Source: Perkinsus chesapeaki ATCC PRA-425 (Eukaryota; Protista; Perkinsozoa). Taken from it: a stretch of DNA of 64,000 nt. Of this stretch, positions 56,099 to 64,000 are shown piece by piece (positions within the stretch are counted from its first letter, which is position 1; each line of letters begins with the position of its first letter). Under the pieces are notes generated by a model. The model did no database searches and was not told the origin of the DNA. It worked only from the letters and a program-made list of their open reading frames with translations. Both the position numbers and the translations under genes were made by a program. Where the stretch lies: assembly GCA_013115145.1 (NCBI GenBank), contig JAAPAO010000120.1:1-64000 (forward strand). Direction: 5' to 3'.

Positions 56099-57596
56099 CT
56101 ACTCCAGACTAAGCATGTTCAAAGAGTCTAAGACTAGACGATCGGTATCACACGGCTGCCAGTCGGGACTCTGTAGCATATTCTTGTGATGATCTCCTTG
56201 CTCCTCTTCAACTAATTTCGCCGATGTACCCGTCATCGTTGACAAACCGCCGTACTGTCCACCATTTGCACCAAACAAGAGCGTTGGTGCTGAAACGAAG
56301 CTACTGGTATCGTCCAAAGGCATGGTGTCCCATAACAAAGATTCCAATCCAGGACCAGTCGGCACGCTCGATATAGTAGGAACCCACGTGTCGCTCGCAC
56401 CCCCAACTGAACTGGGCGGCGGCGGCGGAGGTGGTGATGCCGCACTCTGCATCGGGGCCATCTGAGAGTCCTCCGCAATTGTGGGCTGCTGCAGCTGTTG
56501 CTTTGGATGATGATGTTGTTGCTGTTGACGTTTAGTAGCCCTAAGCTGCTGTTGGCGCTCCCTTCGCATCTGTGCCAGCTTTTTAAAGGGAATCTGCTCA
56601 TTATGCTCTCCAAACACCAACGGCAAGGCATCATCGTCATCCTCCGGAGTACAATCCAAAATTGGAGAATTTATCAGACGATTAACATTCGCCTGCAAGC
56701 CCTGCACACGGGCGTATACTACTTCGCAGACTTTACTGCTCTTAACACCTGGGAGCCTAGAATTCTTGAAAGCGTTGAAGAACGTCCTAGTGTATTTAGG
56801 ATCGGTGACGTTGACAAAGGCGTAACCAAAATTACACCGTGAACGGAAGTCAATGGGCATATAGACAAAGTCAAATGATCCTACCGGCATACGGGCCATA
56901 ACCTCATCAACCAATAACTGTCGAGAATACTTGTTTGGTATATTCTTCAGCATCAGCGTGGTTCTAGGATCAGTCGAATCCATGGTAATGGTATTTGAAA
57001 CATTCGGCTGAGATCTCCTTCTCTGCCGAGCACTTGAAGATGCCAATCCGGGCTTGTGGCTTGCCGTAATCCCTCTAGGCGTCCGATTAGTAACAAGCGG
57101 TGGATGAAGAGCATTGGCGCCGGTGGCATACGAGGAAGAATGGTTACCGACTGTATAGGATGACGACGAAGTAGGCATACCTCCCTGCTGCCCATCGCCC
57201 ATAACGCTAATAGGAGCGAAAGGCTCGGCCTCAATACCGCTACCAAGCGCTGATGAGGTTTGCCCAGTGATACCGTTGCTATCTGAATAATTTAGATAAT
57301 ATATGCAATTAGGATAATTGAGATATACCTATACTAGGGGCAACGGTGGGAGATGTGTGATGGTCTCCAGAAGCCCTAGGAGGCACCCCTCTGCCATTCT
57401 GCCGTTTAGCTACTATTTCTTCGGCCAATTTCCATATATCTTCGAGGCTTTGACCGGACGATCTTATTTCGGGATTCGCCAGCAGCATTGCAGCGGTCTG
57501 AGGTAATGCTATCAACCTCTCAGGAATCTTTCATTCTCTTACCTCAACGACCGGACCATTCGGAGAATCCGCTGGAACATCGTCGTTTACCGGCAT
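56099..57596 (-). CDS. Mei2-like RRM protein, copy 2
   Basis: RTTLMLKNIPNKYSRQLLVDE...FDFVYMPIDFRSRCNFGYAFVNV...ARVQG lies in one long exon. Two short 5' exons start MPVNDDVPADSPNGPVVE at 57596. Confidence 0.9.
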
Positions 57597-57757
57597 TCTT
57601 AGCGAGAACAGATAAACTGATCACCACCCTAGCACACCGATCCGATCCGTTGGCTTCCAATGCTCGCGGTGGGGGAGCAGACTAACCGTTTAGCGCGCGC
57701 CCTGGTGATCGATTATGTGCGCAGAATTGAGGGTATCAACAGGTTTGGTTTTCCAGT

Positions 57758-60700
57758 ATGGGTGATGATCCTTATGCGGATCTTATCACTGAAAGGGGCG
57801 ATATGTGGCTTGGGCGGGAGGATTGCGGTCAGCTGGTAACCTCTGGAGTATCTTCGGGTATCTTTGAGCTCGTACAGGTCCACGACCTGAAAACGCCCTT
57901 TAATGGAGTTGTAGGGTTAACGGAAGCCATGAAGGTTATGGTGCGAGACGATGCCAAGCGCCGGTTACTAACAATGATAAACCGGGCCGGTACGAGGCTC
58001 GTTGAATATGTAAAAATCACCGTAGATCTCTCTGAACAGCTTATCTCCAGGTCGAGCGAACGCTGGAAATCGACGAGCTCTCGCGGGGCACAATGTTTAT
58101 GCAGCGTAATAAAATGTGTTTTTCCTGGAAAGCTTTGTAGTCAGGCCAGGAGGTCGACATTGGGCTCTCTATCTTGGAGGCAGTGGAGCTTATGCGATAC
58201 GCGGAGGACAAGAACGGGGTGCCCGTGAGAAAGAGCACTGTGGAATTGGTAGTGTCAGTGGGGACATAGGGAAGGTGGTCAGGGTCTCTATACAGATTCA
58301 TGATTGTCCTCCGGAATGGTCTGAGGGCGGAGGGCCAATGGTCGAAGGGGATGATATGAAAATCTCGAGGATAATCTATCACATACTAGACAATGCTCTC
58401 CGTTACACCGAATCCGTAGGAGGCCGGGAGTTAGTGTGTCATTGTAAGCATCCTCCGCAGGGAAGCGTGACGGTCTCCGGCAGACAAAGCTCCGACTTTA
58501 TAACTATCACTATAGCGGATACCGGTATAGGTATCGATCCTGACCGGCATGATGAGTAGGCTGTTCCTGTTGTGGTGCCGTAGCAATTGTCTCTCGTAGG
58601 ATTTTCATACCGTTTCGTCGACTGGCGTACCCATCGGATGGATGCCTCGGACTAGGCCTCTCAGTTGTCCTCGAAGTAAGCCTGTTCGCGCTTATGCTGC
58701 CTAAATTTTGTATAGACTCTTCATTTGATGGGCGGAGCGATTAGTGTTGTGTCTCCGGGTCGAGGCCAAGGCACCACCGTTACTGTTAAAATACCAATGA
58801 AGATGAACTCATCAGTGCCGCTACAGACGTAAGGATAAGCAGCAATCACCATTTGGATGGTCCTATCAGGTTCGATCGAGGCCCGGAGGGGTTCGGTCTC
58901 TACTTGAACATGGACCATCCTAGACCGTCACAAAGGCTGTTGATGAAGCACACAGTTGGGCTACTGGCCCATGAGCTTCGGATACCATTTCTGGGTGTTA
59001 TTGGGTCGAGCGACTATCTGGTAGTGATGGTTGTTCAGCCTCAGGAGGAGGCAATAGGTATTTGGCAGGTTCGTACGGAGGAGAAAAAACCGTTACAAAA
59101 GCAATTGGGAATGATAAATCGATGCGGCATTCGGTAGTAGAAGAGCAGCTGTTTGTAATACTACCGCCGCCCTTTATTAGACTGGTTGATGTTATTGAAG
59201 TAGTCAAGGATGCTGCACTTATGTTAGAGTTACCTCCTGGTCTATCCCTTAGAGCAGTAAGGGGGGGAGTGATCCAGTCCTTTTATAAGCCTTAGTCCTT
59301 TTATAAGCCTTAGTCCTTTCATAAGCCTTAGTCCATTTATAAGCCTTAGTCCTTTCATAAGCCTTAGTCCATTTATAAGCCTTAGTCCTTTCATAAGCCT
59401 TAGTCCATTTATAAGCCTTAGTCCTTTCATAAGCCTCAGTCCTTTCATAAGCCTCAGTCCTTTTATAAGGTCGTTTGGTCTATCAGGTTAAAGTGCCCCT
59501 ACTGGTCGAGAATGCTCATGCCCAGCTCGATGTCGCTAAGGTATTATTTATCATAGTTTATCACCGTCTCAAACTCATTCAGGATAAACGAAACCAGCCG
59601 ATGAAAAAGCGAGAAGTCAACTTCTTCAACGAGTGTCCAGCCACACTTCCCGAAATACAAGGGGATGAAGCCCAGCTGGCAAAGGTGCTGCCGCCCGCCG
59701 GGCTCGCAGGGAATATGATATAGCGAGTCTTCAGGTTATCGAACATGTTGCTGAGAACGCACTGAAGTTTACTAATAAGGGTCATGTTAGGATAGACGCC
59801 AAGGCAACCAAGGATACCGTAGGCATCTGCTAAATCTATGGCGTTGGGGGTATATATACTCCTTATGGTTGATAGAGTCAGCATTTATATTAGTTCGGTC
59901 GTTTGAATCCTGCTTGAGGGTCTGGTATGTCAGTTGTGATAGGTAACAATAATTGTTGAGGACACCGGTATTGGTATACCTGACGAGGACCAGGAGAGGA
60001 TTTTTCAACCTTTTTTTCGGTAATCCCGTGAGGCTGTGGCTGGCAGCTTTAGTGACGTCAGGCTGGAGCCCCAGAACTACTATGGCCTCGGCCTGGGCTT
60101 AACAGTCGTATACGAAATAGTTAAGCTGGCAGGAGGCAATCTGGAGATAGAATCCGCCAAGGATAAGGGCACCACGGTAGCGCTCACTTCCGTGGATTCG
60201 GACCGGGGAGTTCCTTTCAGTTTTATATACGTCTGCCGACAGTTCAGCCTAAGATGGCCTATTTGGATCACTTAGACGATGTTTTCGTGGAGGTCTCGAA
60301 GAAGTCTGCTCACGAATGTACGACAGATGGGGAATGTAGGCACTACTTTTGGCCACCCCCTGGGACCCGTCGCGCTTTCAGCCCAACCGCCCCCGCTGCC
60401 GGTCTCGAGCGAGTCGGTCAAAGAGGAGGTCGAGAAGCGGCCAACTGTTAGCTTTATGAACTCGGAAGAGTCATTATCACTTTTCTCACGGGAGAGTAGC
60501 CCGGTTGCGAGTAACATGCCTCAGGTGACTATCAAACCCATCGGATGGACTGATTCTTCTCACTCAGGCGTCTGGTAGCTCCATATCGCCTGACCAGCCT
60601 ACAGTCTCCGTAGAGAGCAAAGCGGCAAACCTTCAGCCCGTCGAGTCTGAACAAGCCGTGCAAGGCGCGGCTCAAACAGAGGTGGTTTCGAACGAAAACT
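57758..60700 (+). CDS. Tandem double histidine kinase (HisKA-HATPase-HisKA-HATPase)
   Basis: Module 1: VHDLKTPFNG (His 57881), ILDNALRYT, DTGIGI, IFIPF, LGLGL. Module 2: AHELRIPFLG (His 58970), VAENALKFT, DTGIGI, IFQPF, GLGLGL. The modules join in frame after removing a 41-nt GT-AG intron at 58829-58869. Confidence 0.88.
59276..59469. repeat. 18-bp minisatellite, ~10.5 copies, inside an intron of the histidine kinase gene
   Basis: The unit ATAAGCCTTAGTCC(T/A)TT(T/C) starts at 59285, 59303, 59321 ... 59447, with a partial copy at 59465. The variants TTTC and ATTT alternate over the central copies. Confidence 0.97.
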
Positions 60701-60725
60701 CGGGGATCATAGAGGTGGGGGAAAT

Positions 60726-62952
60726 ATGGACTCATTTTCATTTGAAGCGTTCAATAAAGGTTGTAGTTTACCTATGTACGGTTTATAGACTTTCAGGGAG
60801 ATATGGGCAGACTAAATTTGATTCGAAAGTCGGATCATCTTTAGTATCGATTTCTGAACTTTCGGCCCGTCAGAGGCCCTACAGCCTTGTGATAGGAAAT
60901 GAAAAGAAGGTATGAATCTTTGAAAGAAGAGCGAGATCTGTTGGATCGTCGAAGGACCGAAGAGAACGATCGATCGGTGCGCGAGGTAGAGCATCTTATG
61001 GTTATGCAGTGAGATATCATATGACTAGATACAACTGTTGAAGAAAGACTTAGGGTCGACCAAAGAGGAGAATCATTGTAAGCTGACTCTAGAGGGCGTG
61101 GGTTCGATCCTTCGGCTCGACATATTTTACATTCTATTTTGGAATTACAGAAGACTGCCCTTGTTAGCTCTACAAGCTTCGCTATGTCGACGAGATGAAG
61201 AGATAAAGCGCCTCGAAAAGGAAAAAGGTAAACGCCGTCGTCTTTGCCACTACCGCCATGGGGCACGGCTGCACCACTATTTCAGCCGCGGCGTTGTCGA
61301 GAGCGGAAAACGCCGAGGCTCAGCTTGTCGAAGAGAAACGTCAAAGATCGGAGGAGGCGAAAAACCAGTCCACTCCTCCGAAAATTATAGTCGCCAAGGC
61401 AAGAATTTCGTGGCGCGTTGGAATCGAAGTGCCTGATCAGGACCCGTACCCAGAGGAGGGCTCAGAGGCGTCGGAACTCCGGCGTCGGCTTGAAGAATCG
61501 GAGGAACAACTCCATACGACACGCCAGCAACTCGGAGCGGCTAGAACCGAGGTATGCGAAATGCTGCTTTGGTTTGTGCTTTAGTGATTCCGGCCTTTTC
61601 AGCTCGAACTACTCAAGAAGGAGGAGCGATCGTTCGACGAGACAGCGACCGTCAAGAGTTTGCGATCTAAACTGGACCGGGCGAATGACGCGGTGAGTGG
61701 AGGAAATCTTCGTGGATGCACTGGTAGCGGCCACGTTCAGGTTGATGACCTCCGAGGAGAATTGGAAGATTCTTTGGTGGAGCATAAAGCCATGACTCGC
61801 GAGCTTGAGAAGCTCAGGAGCCAGCGCACTGGTGGGCAGAATAGGACTGAAGATGGACGCGTGAGATTTTCACATCTGGTGCCTTTGAACTTTATCGTTT
61901 TAGTCGGTCATACATGCGGTAGAGCAGCTGAAAGGGATAGCCAGTATTATGCAGCGAGAAATAGAGGAACATGTAAGGAAGCCTTAAGGCTATAGTGGGC
62001 CATTCGGTCTCTGTGAAATTGCCTGGACGTTGAGACTGCCGCTACTCATAGACCTGTTATCGGTTTTGTCAACCTGGAAGTCATTGATGTTAGGTATCTC
62101 GGCGAGGAACGGAGACATCCGAGGCATTGCGCTCCTTACGAGAAGAGAACGAGAAGCTGAGGGCTGAGTTGAGGGGATGCGAGCGCGATGGACGGGTGAG
62201 ATACCAATTGCCTTGTTGCACAGCATGTCGTATACGTGCAGATTCCCGGTAATCCACAGGGAGAAGAGGTTGAGGCCGAATTGAAGCGCACTATAGAGTG
62301 AGTGAAACTGCCTTACCTTTTCCGGGAGTGAGATGCCGTGTCTGTAGCCGCCTTCGAGCGGACCTTGGCCATAGAAGTGCTCGGATACTCAAGCTGCAGC
62401 AGGAGATACGACTGCTACGTTCGCATATGGCAGATCTCAAACTAGCTTCTCAGGAGACCGATCGAGCGTCAAGGTCTGCCTTAACATTTATTAGTGTGAT
62501 TATGGCTGCTTCGAATCAGATTCTATAATCTTGCCAATAACCGGATGAGTGGTACGGCCCCAGTGTTCTATCGTCGATGGCGATGCCCGAGAGCTGCTGA
62601 AGGTAGGTCGGTTTTTCCTGGCTCTAGTCGAATCCTTGGCTCTATTCAGACATGGTGGAGTACGACTACTCTACAGGGGAGCTCCCTAGTAACCCTCTAC
62701 CAGCCCTGCCCGCTTCACAGTCGTATCGATCTCCCTCAACAATCCTTCCGGAGACTGCAAGATCCCTGGCTTCACCAACCGAGATACCGTGGTCGACGTG
62801 AGACGCCATCCATAGCCAGTGTCGGCTCCTATTTGAACCATTTCAGGCCGGCTCCACCTCGGACTCCTTCCGGTGGATCCCGTTATCGCAGTCCGCTGTT
62901 GCGACGCCTATATGGCCCAGACGATGCGACAGGGCCGAGAACTTCACCATAG
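60726..62952 (+). CDS. Multi-exon coiled-coil protein, possibly the C-terminal extension of the double histidine kinase
   Basis: Heptad-rich exons (EMKRRYESLKEERDLL, ELRRRLEESEEQL, LRSLREENEKLRAEL, ILKLQQEIRLLR). The frame 60658-60827 stays open across the putative boundary with the kinase gene. Confidence 0.55.
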
Positions 62953-62963
62953 CTTTGCCGCCT

Positions 62964-64000
62964 TCAAGGCTGATAACATTTCCGCACCATTACCCCTAAG
63001 TTTACCATGGTATCATGAAGCCTAGAATACCCCACCTGTGATGTACAGACAATCTTGATGATTTGTGTTATAGTTTGGGTGGGAGGAGTGGAATGTCTAT
63101 GAATTCCGTACCGCAGACAGTAGAGACGCATTTCACTGCTTCTTGACGAGGACCTCGCCCCACTATTCACCTTGCCGGCCTGGAGACTTGGTCATACCGT
63201 CAGTGACCGCTGAGTCTTCCAATCAGTTTGAGACAACTGCTTCGCTTTGCCTCTTGACGGTTGTGTTGTATCGGCGGGTGGTTCGCATTTGTGTGCTCAA
63301 TGGCGTGTCATTAGTCAACTCTGAGGGTTGTGTTGTAGTCCATCTTGTTTCCCGATAAGACTGTAGGCCACATCTAGGAGTAGTTACCCACATGTCCGAC
63401 ATATACTCTGTGATCAAGTTGCAGGAGCGCTTCGTGCCAGCCGACCAAGTACGATCTCCAGCCTGACATAACGACCAGCTCCTCTCCCTTTGTAGATTAA
63501 CTCATTGATGTCTGACAAACGAATTGTCCAGCTGCGTGATTTGAAGTGGGGGCACGATCAACTCCTAGGAGCATAGCACTGAGGTTTTGCCTAGGTTCGA
63601 GATTAAATCAAAAATCGAGCAAGACCGTGTTGTGACTGGGATGGTATACAAGGTCTCGCCGACTCGAACAGGAAAGTTGGGCAGAGGCCGATTGGCTCGG
63701 ACCGCTCAGTACGGTCTAGGGCTTGTGTGCGGAGCTCAACGTACCGATATGTTTAGGTATGCCGACGCCTGGATCACAGACTTCCACCCTTACAGTCCGA
63801 CCTATGCCCGCCTGCGGATAACAGACACTGCGGCAGCCATAAAGCTTCATAGGGGAGATGTGTGGTATCTTCTGAATCCAGAACTAACAGCAGACGATGA
63901 CAAGGTGGTCCTTTGGTGTCCATCCTGTCTTGCACGCCAGTGTGGTCAGGGATCAGTGATGGCCCCAGTTGCACTTACAGTCGATTCCAAGGACAAAATG
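62964..64000 (-). CDS. Partial multi-exon hypothetical protein running off the window end
   Basis: Repeated minus-strand gtaagt/gttagt/gtacgt...ag introns flank open exons (AGIGRTVRVEVCDPGVGIPKHI; DINELIYKGRGAGRYVRLEI). The frame is not fully resolved. Confidence 0.35.

Noticed and set aside
59242-59448. ORF encoding (MKGLRL/INGLRL)n repeats
   Set aside because: It is the antisense translation of the 18-bp intronic minisatellite; nothing supports coding.
59276-59469. Possible CRISPR array
   Set aside because: The units are contiguous with no unique spacers, and the context is a eukaryotic intron with no cas genes.
63755-63812. VRVEVCDPGVGIP resembling an HATPase G1 box (a third kinase)
   Set aside because: No N, F or G2 box could be read in adjacent exons; probably coincidental, and the gene is truncated by the window edge.

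Overview
This is a gene-dense eukaryotic window with many short (~40-50 nt) GT-AG introns, so the six-frame ORF track captures only exon fragments. Gene content and architecture point to an alveolate, most likely Perkinsus sp. (inference from apicortin, PNO, Mei2-like genes, a lineage-type secreted protein family and tiny introns). Recognisable genes in order: BTB-like protein, GH92 alpha-mannosidase, a secreted protein with an internal duplication, CDP-DAG synthase, eIF4A3, apicortin, an ankyrin-repeat protein, mitochondrion-targeted pyruvate:NADP+ oxidoreductase (PFOR-CPR fusion), eIF1, an AP2-like protein, adenylate kinase 7, RPL22, a CELF-type RRM protein, a cytochrome b5-like MAPR protein, a MATH-domain protein with a Trp-repeat tail, two Mei2-like RRM genes and a tandem double histidine kinase. 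Several spliced hypothetical genes lie between them. Two features are invisible to the ORF track: six box C/D snoRNA candidates in and behind RPL22, and a spliced, sensorless and receiverless HisKA-HATPase-HisKA-HATPase protein. No CRISPR array, rRNA or tRNA gene was seen. Exon boundaries were read by eye and are approximate unless stated.
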